Below are positions 25,050 through 38,191 of a stretch of DNA of 60,099 nt, in pieces. The stretch is from contig NC_068995.1 in NCBI RefSeq assembly GCF_001194135.2, forward strand, positions 52,447,489 to 52,507,587. Reading direction: 5' to 3'. Source of the stretch: Octopus bimaculoides. Taxonomy: Eukaryota. The stretch's first letter is position 1. Each line of letters begins with the position of its first letter. The notes beneath the pieces are model-generated. The model was not told the origin of the DNA. It was given only the letters and a program-made list of their open reading frames with translations, and ran no database searches. The translations under genes were made by a program, and so were the position numbers.

Positions 25050-26540
25050 GGGAAACCTATCCACACGGATAGGAACCTTCCATTCTGGTAGGCTTAGGGC
25101 AGCTCATGGCTTGGATCCCCTGCTTTGATTGCCCATCAGCACTTTCAGCTTTAATTGAGCTGTAAAGCACCCCTCATCCTTTCGAAGAAGGGCTCTTTAC
25201 AATTCTCCTAAACTTGATAATCCCTCAACTGTCAAATAGTCACTGACATGGTCTTTTACAACCATTTATCACCAAGGGGTGCCTGGCACTTGTTTTCCCC
25301 CATCACCACCCTTCCACCATCTTCCTCAGTCAGTATTTGATTCATCCTCTCTCATAGCATTACCTCAAGTAAGCTAGGCTTCCTGTTCAAATTACAATAA
25401 AGTTCAGGCACTCTGTGGGGATGGGCCTCTCTTTGTGTCAGACTTCCAGCCTTTTGTCTGAGTTGTTTGTACCGCACTCTCTTACCTTTGGCAATTTCCC
25501 CATCCTTCTTCAGTTTTTGGTTTCTTGTCATTGCTACAAGACGATGGGTAGCATTGCTCCTTATAGCATCAGGTTGGGTTGGAGGAAGATCCTTGGGCAT
25601 TGTCTATCCCTGGTACTGGTGGCTTTAAGAGTGGGGCTATTTCTTTTGCATCTGCTCTGGCCATACATAGAACTGTGATTGATAGGGCTTTGGAATCAAT
25701 GATAGGAGCAGCCAGGGTTTTTTTGCCCTTGGGGGCCTGATATTGTTGGTGTTGTTGCTGTTTGCCACCCTCTTTTATTTCTTTCATTTTGCTTTTCTTC
25801 TGGACTGAACTACCTCAAGTGGCCTTTACTAACGTACATATAGCAACTGGGCCTTCTGACCTACATCACCAATCCAGTTGACTTCCTTTCCACTCCCTCA
25901 ATTGCGTACTGCTCCAGGACAGCCTTGTAATCATCAAGTTGGGTGGGTGGGTATCAGGACTTGAAGATTCATAGAAACCCCACCACCACTCTGCCACACA
26001 TTGCTGTGGGTCAAGTCAGCACAACACCAACACCACATCCTGTCTATACAACAAGCAAAGGGTCAATATCCTTCTTGGTATCCCTCACTGTGATCCTCAG
26101 ATTACTGAGGCCCATGTACCTTAACATCAGCCTATGGGTGATTTGTGTGGTGCACCTGCTCTACCTGTCCCCTCTTGATTTTAATGACCAGACTCATCCA
26201 TAGATCGTGACTCGGTCAATGCAACACATCCTCTGACACTAGCAACCATCTATCATCTAAGAGTACCTGGTACTCATACCCCACTCTCCTCAATCAGCAC
26301 AGTATTTGATTCATCCTGTTTTATGGTCAATATTAAATAAGTTAGAATTCTCCCTTCAAATTTACCATAAAGTTCAGACACTCCACGAGGATCAGCACCT
26401 CTTCACGAGGGACTCTTAGCCTCTTGCTTGCCTTTTGTCTGGGCTCATTTTTGCCTCGTCTTTCTTCTCTCACTGTTTCCAGCAGTTTCCCCCACCCTCA
26501 TCCAAGACTTTCTCTCGCTCCTTTTACAAGGAAGTCCTGC
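25050..26540 (-). mobile_element. Decayed retroelement ORF1/gag-like sequence with a degenerate CCHC knuckle, in ~1.5 tandem units of ~970 bp
   Basis: 25860 to 25801 translates VRRPSCYMYVSKGHLR*FSP (C-x2-[Y]-x4-H-x4-[S]); block cagtatttgattcatcct at both 25331 and 26300. Confidence 0.5.
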
Positions 26541-28500
26541 TTATATACCTATTTCCTTTTGGGGGTTAATAATTATCATAATAATTACAATTATAATTAC
26601 TGGTGGGCTGGCAGAAATAATAGAATATAAGATTAACTATCCAATATTATTTCACTTTGTCATTTTTAGTTCTGTGTTCATATCCTAATGGTATTTGATT
26701 TTGTATTTTATAATCCTGGGTCTGATAAATTAAGTACTAATTTATGCACTGTGATTTGTTATCCAACTATACTCCAAAATTCATGTCTTTGTGCCAATGT
26801 TAGAAACTGTTGTTATTTTGAGTGCAGTTGATGAAAAAAAAAAATCAAAAACCTCAGTAATTAACTGGTACTTGTATTTTATCAATCCAAATGTGGCGGG
26901 CTGGCAGAATCATTATCACACTGGACAAAAATACTTAGCATCATTCCTTCTGGCTCTCTATGTTCTGAGTTCAAATCCCACTGAGGTTGACTATGTCTTT
27001 CATCATTTCAGGGTTGATAAAATAAATACCAGTTGTGTTGCTGGGGTCAATATAATCTACTCACCCCTGCCCTCAAAATTGCAGGCCTTGTGCCAAAATA
27101 AGAAAGAAATATATTTTATCGACCCATTCACCCCTCTTCTCTTGAAGAATGAGAGGCAAAGTTGACCCCGTCAGGGTTCATTCTCAGAAAATGCTTCCCC
27201 TGCTGGTTTCATCTTTGCTCACATTCTCCTAGGGTTGATAAAGTAAAGTTACAGTGAAGTACTGGGGTTGATGGGATTGCTAGAAATAACTGTTACCCTC
27301 ACCACAAATCTCTGGCCTTGTGCCTGTATTAGAAACCATTTTTATTATTATAATTATTTGTTGTTGTTGTTGCTATTTTTGTTACAGTTCAGTAGTTGGT
27401 GTAAAGCCAATTCTGAGAATTACTCTTAGACTGATAAGACTTCTAAAGAAGGCATGAACATTACAACATCCTGTTTTCTTCCCTCTAGCCCTCTCTTTTG
27501 TAAATCTGAGACCACCTTTCTACTTGAAATAAAAATCTATCATATTAATACTGTACATCTGAGAACACATTGCAAAACAAAGGTAAGCTCCCAGCTGAGT
27601 TTCAAACCAAGATTGCTTGCATTTCACTTCACTTGAAAAATTAATGTATTTGGGAAAAGGCATGAAAAAAAAAAAAAAAATAATCACAGTTTCTGGTTCT
27701 AACTTTTCTAAAAATGAATCATGTCTGAAGCCTTTGTACTTACATGAAGGACAATTGTTATTAAAAATGAAAGGTTAACCCTCAGAAATTCTGTTTGTTG
27801 TATGAATACAGACACGCATACATGTATACACATATACATGGAGATGCACACATACATAAACACATGTATAAACATGTATACACACATATTTGTACACACA
27901 CACGCAAACACTATATGTGTATATGTGTGTGTGTGTCTAGTTATGAATTTGATATATATTGCGCTATATGCCAGCAGTAATCCTTGCTGGATACATGATA
28001 ATGTGAAATATTTCTTGAAGGTGTAGCCATTGGTTTCAACTTCATATATAATAAATAGATAAATAATTAAATAATTTACACTCTGCTAATGCTGTATTGA
28101 GTATGTTGACAGTTTGTGATACTAATGAGAGTGTGTGTGATCTGCATGTGTATTCCGTAACAAAATGCAATAAAATGTTCCCCTGATGATCTGTTGTGGT
28201 CAGGCATCCAAATGCCGTTTGAACATCCAGTATGGAAATGTACATAGGAACTAAATATAAATACTGGTGGTTATCTTAATTTTTTGCTTCACACACACAT
28301 GTAATGTGTATATATGATCAAACAGACTCCAGAGAGGCTGGTGTTGGTCTGCATCACCAAGATTTATGTCTCAGAATTGATTGAAAGAATACAACGAACT
28401 TGCAGTGAAGAGAGGAAAAGCTGAAAAGAGAGAAATTAATGAGAAACAGCAGAGTTTTCCAATTTCCACAATATTCATTGTACTCTTTTTATTGATTTTA

Positions 28501-28556
<56 letters not shown>

Positions 28557-31328
28557 NNNNNNNNNNAAGCCCGTCGTATATATGTATATATATATATATA
28601 TATGTATGTGTGTGCAAATCAGAGAAAGAGTACTTAATGTGTCATAGAGTTTCATTTATTAGAAAAAAAAAACTGTGAATCATGGGGTTGCATCAGAGCA
28701 AATGATCAGCTTTAAATGAAGAAGGTGGAAAGACATTTTGGAAACTGGCCAAACCATACAAGATTAAAAGAAAGAAAAAAAAAGGATATAAAATATATTT
28801 AATGTCTCTATCATCATATAGATAACGATTTTATTCTAAAGTTCCTTCTTGTGCATAATTCAAATTTTATTCAGCCATAGCAGTATCATTGCAAACTGCT
28901 GTATTATTTACACACAATATATTTCAGACTGGCTGATCCGACTTCGTTTCAGGAGTGACTTGAGTAGATGACATTGACAAGCTACAACAACAGTGAAATG
29001 TGCATTTGTCACTCTTGTGGTCATTTCTGGAGCAATGTTGTTGCACTTAATGTTTTTATTGTTAGTGTGATAAACAGTAGTCTGAAAAAATTAAAAAGGA
29101 ACAACGATCACCTTCACCTCCTAAAGAAATATTAATGCATGTATGTAAATATATATTGTGGTTCTTAAATGTTAGGTAGGATGCAACACAAAGTCTGCAC
29201 TTAGTTACGAATTCATATTTTAATTTATATTTTTAATTCATTTAGTGAGGGCGAAAAATTTATTATCATAGAAAAACAACAAATAGCTTTACCTAAGAAA
29301 AATAATGAATAAAAGTTTTGAAGAGTTATTGCCCTTACTATATTCAAGGTAGATAATTCTCTTTATAGTCATTTGCAGGAATTCATGGAAATAAATATTG
29401 GTCGAGTCAACGGGGAACCTTTTCGAGTTCGCGCCACTTTTATCGTTTATCTTTTACTTGTTTCAGTCATTTGACTGCAGCCATGCTGGAGCATCCCCTT
29501 AAAGGATGTTTCTAGAAACTTCGAAAATACAATTTGGTGGGAATTTAAACAACTTTTCTTTGGTTAGATGCCAGCCAAAACTAAGTACGCGAAAAATATT
29601 TATGTAAATGTTCATGTCTTTTAGGGCAATGAAGTTCGCAGAGTTGGTCATGCTTGTTATTGAAATGTTATTTGGCCGTGGTTCTAAACTGGAGACCTGA
29701 GCGATGTGCTTCTAATCTAAGCAAATAACCTCTACAAAACAACAGCACGGTATGAAGCTTTGCAGCAACACAAAAATGCTGATTCCTCATCTCAAGGCCA
29801 CTGTTCCATCATGATTTCGACGAAAGTCATAAACAGCATTTATAATCTGGAATCGAAATACCGCAAAACCATTGAAAGTCTTGATGAAATACTACTTACC
29901 ATTTCACCGCCCACACACACCTACACAGCCACTCAAATCAAATATAAACAATCGATATTATTCGAATGAGATAGTTCGTCAATAAGGAGAGACCGGAGAA
30001 TATCAAATAATGAAGATGAACATATTACAGATCGTTGGAGGAAAAAAAAAAAACGAACGTGACGCAGTACATTATCATGGAAATTTACTAATTCTGCAGT
30101 CAAAGTTGTTTCCTAGAGTAATTATTTCCAAGCTGTTATTAAAAGGAAAATTTTGGCTCAGCCGTATGAAGGCAATTGTGGAATAGCTCGAATACAACAA
30201 ATGAGTTGTAGATATGTGATTGGTTGAAAAAAATACAGTTTGATGTAGATGCGACGGTAGAGTCATGTCCTGCAGTTTGATACAGACAGAATAATAAAAT
30301 TAGATGCCAAAAAAAAAAAAGCACCTGATAAAACAAAAAATATGGTAAATGGCCAAAAACATCTAGACCATAGCAATGAATGTGTGTGTGTGTGTGTGTG
30401 TGTGTTTGTGTGTGTGCGTGTGTGTATTCACGGCTATGGTTCATCTGGGTAAGTGTCTTCTACTATAGCCTCATGCCTTGTGAGTAGATTTGGTTTAGGG
30501 CAATTGTGAGAAGGAAGTGTGTGTGTGCTATGACAGCGCTCTGGCCTGCTGTTGGTTCTGCTACTCTCTGTCGTCTGTCGTTTGCTCTCTTCTCAGTCGG
30601 GGCTAAAATGCATTGAATAATATTGTGATGGTCTTGGTCAGAAGAAACACGCAAAAGATGAAATTGTTGTTTGATCCGGTTCCATACACAATCTTTAATA
30701 GTCAGATTTTTTTGATGAATCACGAATCCCGATCATATTTTTGAGTTGTTTTTAGCATCGAATATAGTGATCCGGGTTCGGTTTCTAAGTTTTACAATTG
30801 TCAAATATTCCTGCCACAGATACTTAAAAAAATGCTATAAGTAAAGGCATTGACTCATATTTTGCATATCAGTACACTCGCTGGCAATGTGAACAGACTG
30901 AAATAGCGTAATTACCGAGGGAGCGTTTGTATAAATGAATGGTGAACAAGTTTGCACACGTACATTTGATGTACTTTTAGCTTCTCGGTGTAAACAAACT
31001 CTGTGGTGAAACCACTTGTCATGTGTAAACACTTTTGGCACGAAGAGTGGCTAGCTTGCCGCTAATTAACATCTAAAACATATCCGCCAACTACGATGTA
31101 ACGAGAGACGCCTCTAGACTGTCTAAATATGTTAGAAATAGCGGCTAAATTTAACTGAAAACGCGTCCATCACATGATACATTACAATAATGCAAACGTA
31201 ACCCACCCGAGATGCTATATGCGTAGCTGGGCCTATATTACAGGCTTTTATGCACTAAAAACATTTTTCTCTTGAATATGTGCTGCTGAAGCTGGGATGC
31301 GTCTAATATACCCGGGCTTCTTTAATGC

Positions 31329-31462
31329 CAGGGAACCCCAACCATCGGGTCGCTGACCAGTACGGACTGTGGGTCATCTGGTACCTGGCTGCACAGAAAG
31401 AATCAACTTTAAAATTATGTTTCTATTTTTGCATTATATATGCAATACATACATATATATAC

Positions 31463-31514
<52 letters not shown>

Positions 31515-31916
31515 TATACGTAGTATGTATGTATGTATGTGTGTATGTATGTATGCGTGTATTATATATGTAATATGTNNNNNNNNNNTGGGTGAAATGC
31601 TTAGCAGTATTTCGTCTGTCTTTACATTCTAAGTTCAAATTCCACCGAGGTCGACTTTGCCTTTCATCCTTTCGGGGTCGATAAATTAAGTACCAGTTGC
31701 GTGCTGAGATCGATCTAATCGACTAGCCCCCTCCCCAAAGATTTCAGCCCTTGTGCCTAGAGTAGAAAAGGATACATGTGTATTATATACGTAATTATTA
31801 AATCATATATCATGTTCTTTATTGTGTGTTGTTTTTTGTGCGTGTGATCCCCTGGTTTGCTGAAATATTGTTCGGTTTGAAACCTATCCATGGTGCAAAA
31901 AGGTAGGAGACCGCTG
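31329..31916. mobile_element. Probable hAT-type MITE interrupted by microsatellites and a SINE
   Basis: Termini CAGGGAACCCCAACC and reverse-complement CAGCGGTCTCCTACC resemble Charlie-type TIRs; no clear 8-bp TSD. Confidence 0.4.
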
Positions 31917-31948
31917 GTTTGCCATCAAAAACAGTACATCCTTGGATA

Positions 31949-32240
31949 CTCCACGAGATCCTTTACAGTGAACTTAGCACTAAGAGATTCTCAAGTAAAT
32001 ACAAACAAACAAGCAGTAGCTGAAAACTTTTGCGTGCAACTGTCTCGAGGCTGCTGCGCAAATCTGTTTGGATAAGTGACGTCGCAGAAATGGAATGGAC
32101 AGACGACAAGAACGAGAAATCGTTCGCCTCGCTGTCTGTCAAATGCGTCTTGTGTGACCGCATGTTGTCTGCCAGGATTGGATATCTTAGTCGCATGTTG
32201 TCTGCCAGGATTGGATTATCTTAGTCATCAGAAAAATCGG
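31949..32240 (+). mobile_element. Decayed RTE-clade LINE 3' ORF fragment
   Basis: Peptides LHEILYSEL and CVLCDRMLSARIGYLS(H) resemble the recalled RTE C-terminus; frameshifted, with a 33/34-bp tandem duplication at 32159-32225. Confidence 0.6.
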
Positions 32241-32367
32241 ACATAATAAATAAGAGAAAGAAGAAAAAATACTCGGAAACGTGCGAGGGACAACCGACGA
32301 GATTTATACTATGTTGTGGATCGCTCGATCGGTTAGATATAGCAGCTAAATTTCACTTACAATTATA

Positions 32368-32429
<62 letters not shown>

Positions 32430-35183
32430 TATGGTTAGACACATGTATTTGCGATCTAGACCACGTCTGATGATTACTCGATCAGCAAGAAATAGCAGCC
32501 CAACCTCCCTCAAACCTCACCCTAATATCTTGAAAACAGAAAAACAAAAAGACACATTGGATAATGCCGTTCAGTGTACACCATGTTTAAACTGAACAGA
32601 AAAAAAAATGTGATGATCATAATTGGATTGTCTTTATTCATATGTCATCTGGATCAAGGTTGACTTGGTGCTCAACAAAAAACATCAACAGAGATGAAAT
32701 TGTTTTGATCCTTGGTCATTCTGCCCGATGTCAGGGCGAACTTAGGTCTACAGAACAGCAACAACAACAACAACAACTAGATGATAAGAGCAACAGTCTA
32801 CTCAGAGTACCTTTGTATATATCTGTGTATCGATCGATCGATTGCACAGATCGATCTGAGCTATTAACTCATTCATTCACTCATTCATTCATTTATTCAT
32901 TCATTCATTCGCTGGTTTAGTCATTCATTTAGTGATGTGACATCGGTCCGTTGAGAAGACAGCGGAAAAAACAGAAACCGGATACCGGTCAGTATAGACT
33001 GTACACACACACACACACACACACACGTACACACACACACGCACACACACACACACGTACACACACGCACACACACAGACACATACACACACACACAAGC
33101 ACACACACGGGTGTATATGCATGTATATAATACAAATGTATGCATACATACTTAAATACATACATACACACACACAAACCCTTACACAAACTAGTTTAAA
33201 TATTAACGCACGAAACTCTCGGCCATTGAGTCACTCTGTAACTTCTGTCAAATATTAATAAAAATACACGTTCACGTACAAACACATGCGCACATACACG
33301 TACATACACATACACGAATATACATATAAAGATACACACTTATACAAATTTATACACAAATACACACGCGTATATGTATCTCTAGACACACGCACTCACA
33401 TACATAAATACATACATATATAACATTCGGCCGGGCTCCAAGTACCGGCATTTCGTGCTGGTGGCACCATGTCATCTATAGTTAATGTTCATATTCTTTA
33501 ATTAAGAGAAAATTTGCCACATCTATTGGAAATAATTAGCAACCCTCGGAATTTTCCCTCACCAGCTGAGCTTCCACTCAGAGTTTGCAGCCAAAAACTG
33601 TTTTCAGATCATTGTCAATTATATACAGGTACAGTCTTTGTCTATCCGCATGCCTGTCTGCCTGTCTACCTGTCTACCTGTCTGCTTATCTACCTGTCTA
33701 CCTGTCTCTGGATTTGAAACTTTCATACCTTGTTTTGAACTAATTCTTTTAAACTTGTATTTTGTAATAAACACTTTATTTTTTACGTTTGAGAAAAAAA
33801 CAGTTATATAGTCTTACGGTACAAACATAAACACATACATACGTATATATATGCATATGTACATACATACATACATACATACACACACATACATAGATGC
33901 ATGCATACATACATACATACATACATAATTTATTTTTACTAAGGTTAGCAACGATTAGTTCCGGTTTAGTCACCTTCGTGAAGCTGACGAAAGCAACTAA
34001 GATGGTACTTCGAAGTCCCGATGAACCTTTTACGCATAAAAATAAAATATACCAATATGTAACGTTTGTGATGTGTGTGTGTGTATGTATGTGTGTGTAT
34101 GTATGTGTATATATATATANNNNNNNNNNNNNNNNNNNNNNNNNNNNNNNNNNNNNNNNNNNNNNNNNNNNNNNNNNNNNNNNNNNNNNNNNNNNNNNNN
34201 NNNNNNNNNNNNNNNNNNNNNNNNNNNNNNNNNNNNNNNNNNNNNNNNNNNNNNNNNNNNNNNNNNNNNNNNNNNNNNNNNNNNNNNNNNNNNNNNNNNN
34301 NNNNNNNNNNNNNNNNNNNNNNNNNNNNNNNNNNNNNNNNNNNNNNNNNNNNNNNNNNNNNNNNNNNNNNNNNNNNNNNNNNNNNNNNNNNNNNNNNNNN
34401 NNNNNNNNNNNNNNNNNNNNNNNNNNNNNNNNNNNNNNNNNNNNNNNNNNNNNNNNNNNNNNNNNNNNNNNNNNNNNNNNNNNNNNNNNNNNNNNNNNNN
34501 NNNNNNNNNNNNNNNNNNNNNNNNNNNNNNNNNNNNNNNNNNNNNNNNNNNNNNNNNNNNNNNNNNNNNNNNNNNNNNNNNNNNNNNNNNNNNNNNNNNN
34601 NNNNNNNNNNNNNNNNNNNNNNNNNNNNNNNNNNNNNNNNNNNNNNNNNNNNNNNNNNNNNNNNNNNNNNNNNNNNNNNNNNNNNNNNNNNNNNNNNNNN
34701 NNNNNNNNNNNNNNNNNNNNNNNNNNNNNNNNNNNNNNNNNNNNNNNNNNNNNNNNNNNNNNNNNNNNNNNNNNNNNNNNNNNNNNNNNNNNNNNNNNNN
34801 NNNNNNNNNNNNNNNNNNNNNNNNNNNNNNNNNNNNNNNNNNNNNNNNNNNNNNNNNNNNNNNNNNNNNNNNNNNNNNNNNNNNNNNNNNNNNNNNNNNN
34901 NNNNNNNNNNNNNNNNNNNNNNNNNNNNNNNNNNNNNNNNNNNNNNNNNNNNNNNNNNNNNNNNNNNNNNNNNNNNAGACCCCTCCCCTCCAAAAAAAAA
35001 ATACAAAAAATCGGTCTAGTCTTCACTGGAAAGCTTTTGGCATTAGATTATCTCAATCAAAATTAATCTGGGACAAAACAACAATCATACTGGCCCTTCC
35101 ACTTTGGCGAGATTGTTGACGGTGGGGACGAAAACAGGCTAAAACAATGATAAGAACTTTAGTTTACATGGCTTTTTACTTAA

Positions 35184-35436
35184 AGGCTGTTGCACCATTG
35201 AATAGCGAGAGGACAGTGCAGTCTAGTGCACCTCCTTAGCGACAGGCATGGTTACAAGTCTCCTGTTTGACAATAATTTTCTCCCTTATACCAGAGTAAG
35301 AAGGAAAAAGTTCACGATTCTTTTAAGGGCCTAAAGTATTGGTATAAGGGAGGAAATTATACTTTAACAGGAAACTTGTAACCTTGCCTGTCGCAAAGGA
35401 GGTGCACTGTCCCCTCACTATTCAATGCTGCAACCT
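35184..35436. mobile_element. MITE-like long inverted repeat (~100-110-nt arms, ~46-nt spacer)
   Basis: 35184-35293 is the reverse complement of 35340-35436, apart from a 10-nt insertion and scattered mismatches; left end TTAAAGG. Confidence 0.8.
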
Positions 35437-35519
35437 CAGATTTACAGTGATACACTTACTTCGAAACTCCACTTCAGCATTATTACAAATTGGCAAATAT
35501 GTCATCAAAAATACTCAGC

Positions 35520-35740
35520 CGTGAAAATCCCGCCTTTTTAAAGGTATTAACCAAAGCCGTCACTCGCAAGCGAGTATGACTTGGGCGCATGTGCCACGTA
35601 CTCGCGAGCAAATAGGGATACTTTCTCGGTCCTTTCACTCTCGACCAAGCGGAACATTAACCCTTTAGGTTGCGGAAAGCGGTTTTGCCCCACGGTTAAA
35701 AAAAAAAAATTCTCCTAATGCTGCGAGAAGCGGAGACATT
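35520..35740. promoter_or_regulatory. CpG-rich candidate promoter / regulatory element
   Basis: Dense CpG; palindromes ACTCGCAAGCGAGT and CTCGCGAG; GCGCATGTGC (NRF1-like); two CGGAA (ETS-like). No associated exon identified. Confidence 0.35.
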
Positions 35741-36029
35741 CTCAGTAACACTTTTTACAAATCAAAATTTCAGATTTTTCTTAATTTTCTTTTTTCACGT
35801 ATTTCATCAAATATATCTTTACAGAGCCAGAACCAAATACTTTTTAGTGGTGGACATGAAAACCATATCTACAGGGCATACTGAGAAAGTATTGCAGAAA
35901 TAGGAAATACCGATTCCAATTTCTGGAGATTAATTAACATCAATACGGGAATGGCCATGAAATTGAATTGCGCAGTCAAAGGGTCCAGGAAGTAAAAGGT
36001 GGAGAGAAATAGGCAAGGACGTAACTAAT

Positions 36030-36310
36030 GCGAGCCGCCCTTCAAGGCCCCCAAGCCTATACAGTAGACCTTTTAAGTGTCTCCCACCCCCGCCACAAAA
36101 GCATCGCCTGGGGTGGATTGTCCCCTTCTCTGGTTACGCTACTAGAGAAAGGGTTACATCAGCATCAGCCTGGCACCCATTTACAGTTGTGGACTCTAGA
36201 ACAGCGTGAAAAGCGACGTCTTGTTGAAAGATGCAAATGCGCTGCCCAGTCCAAGAATCGAGCCCACGACCTCATGATCGTGAGCCCAACGCCCTCGTCT
36301 CTAGGCCTCT
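36030..36310 (-). mobile_element. tRNA-derived SINE, diverged
   Basis: On the - strand, a tRNA-like head (gatcatgaggtcgtgggctcgattc) followed by a central ctgtaaatgggtgccag block. Confidence 0.6.
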
Positions 36311-38142
36311 CTTTTCTGTACTGTTGCAGCTCTTCATATTTTCTTGTGCGCTTGTAATCTGATAATTCACCTCAGGTTCTAAAAAGACAAAAAAAAGGTG
36401 CACGATCTATGAGGTCGAAGACAGAAGTGCTAGAAATGACAGCCAAATCTCCTTTAAGTTACAGATTTCTCTCAGATAAAGGAAGGTCAAATTCGATTAA
36501 GTAGTGAATTAGTGGCGTAGCTACTGTGTGTGCTAACCGGGGCAACCCTTGACGTAGCAGTCTCTTTTCGAGCCTGTACAATCTATGCAAGTTTATACAA
36601 GATCCCATGTACCGCCCCAATATAAGGATCGCACTGAACGAATGTGGGTTTGCTCAATCAAAGCTAACCTGGGGCTAAACGACAACAACAACAGCATCTA
36701 CATGTTAATATTAATTTACTGGTTCCGTTATAATTGCTAAGTCTGTAAAATTTTGCTCGGTGGTGGGTAACGGGTGTAGGCATTTAAGTAAATCCCATTG
36801 CGAAGCGAATACAAACGAGCTGGGTACATTTTTTTTTATCAGCGACCCCGAATAAAAATAAAATACAAATAGGACAACTTGAAGGATTGAAACCCGTAAC
36901 GTGTCGTTGCGAAACCAATTAGAGGAAGGCCGTTACCTCTCCTATCGAAGCTAACTGGCGTGGGTTAACAACCTGTATGTCAGCCACGAGTGACCTATGG
37001 CCCGCAGGGTTTTCTGAATGGAACGCATAACGAAAAATTACCTTGAACTTTTTAGTAGTGCGGCCCGCCATAAGATGAGCCATGTCTTATGCGGCCCGCT
37101 TCTCGAAAAGGTTGTCCATGCATACTCTATGTGGTTGATCGATATGCTAGAAATAGCAGCTTAAACCACACCCAACTGGCATATTAAAAAAAGGGCTATT
37201 GGTTTTTTATTGTCCGAGTGTCTGAAAATAAAACAAAAGATATGAGATGATCACGGGTGGACCGTCTTTTATCTTAAATGTTCGAAGCGGGCTGATTGGG
37301 AAAGGGTTAATAGCGACACTAACAACGTCACCACCACCAAACAAGAAGACACTTTTCTCTCGTGTTTATATAAAACGATAGCTTGCACAAGAAGTCCTGG
37401 AATTTTGAAAATTTGCCTTTTTTAAATTTTTTATTTGTCGATGGTGGTAGTCGATAATGGAGAAAGAGAAAGGGATAGATAGGTAGAGAGAGAAAGAAAG
37501 TGATGAGATTGGGTGACGTTCATGCCTTTCTCATTTGAAAGAAATGTATTTGGGTTGTTGACAGCGTTACTAAAGCTGAAATGTTTACAATCGTCGAAAG
37601 CAAACTGTTTGCAGGGACAGCTTAAAGTGAAGTAGGTATACATACGTATATACATACATAAATTTGTATAGACACTTAAATATAGCTATGCGTGTGCGTG
37701 TATATATATATATATAGCTATAAACCTCTTTGTATAAATATATTCGCGCACTGGTTGCTTAAGAATTCGTAATTGCGCTTACTATGTTACACGAAATATA
37801 TTTCGTTTTCGACTTTCGCTTTTAAAAACTTAACTCTCCACAGACTTTCTATTATGTTTGGACAAGGCAGAATCTGATGACCGCCCTAATTTTTTTTTTC
37901 TTCTTTGGAAGGATACAAAGAGAGCAAGAAATATTCTGAAAATTTGAACCGTCAAACTGATTGTATACGATTTACTGTTGTCTAATATATCACATCAGAT
38001 ATCCTCTGTAAACGTACATATATACATCCGGCTTGGGTACGTACACACTGTGTGTGTGAGTGTATATACATATATATCTGTTTATCGTAACTAACATAAT
38101 ATAATTTGAATGTAATCACATCTATGCATGCATGCATGCATG

Positions 38143-38191
<49 letters not shown>

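Noticed and set aside
27489-27582. Open 94-nt segment between a good acceptor and AAG|gtaagc
   Set aside because: The peptide has no recognisable homology or PDZ continuity; probably a pseudo-exon.
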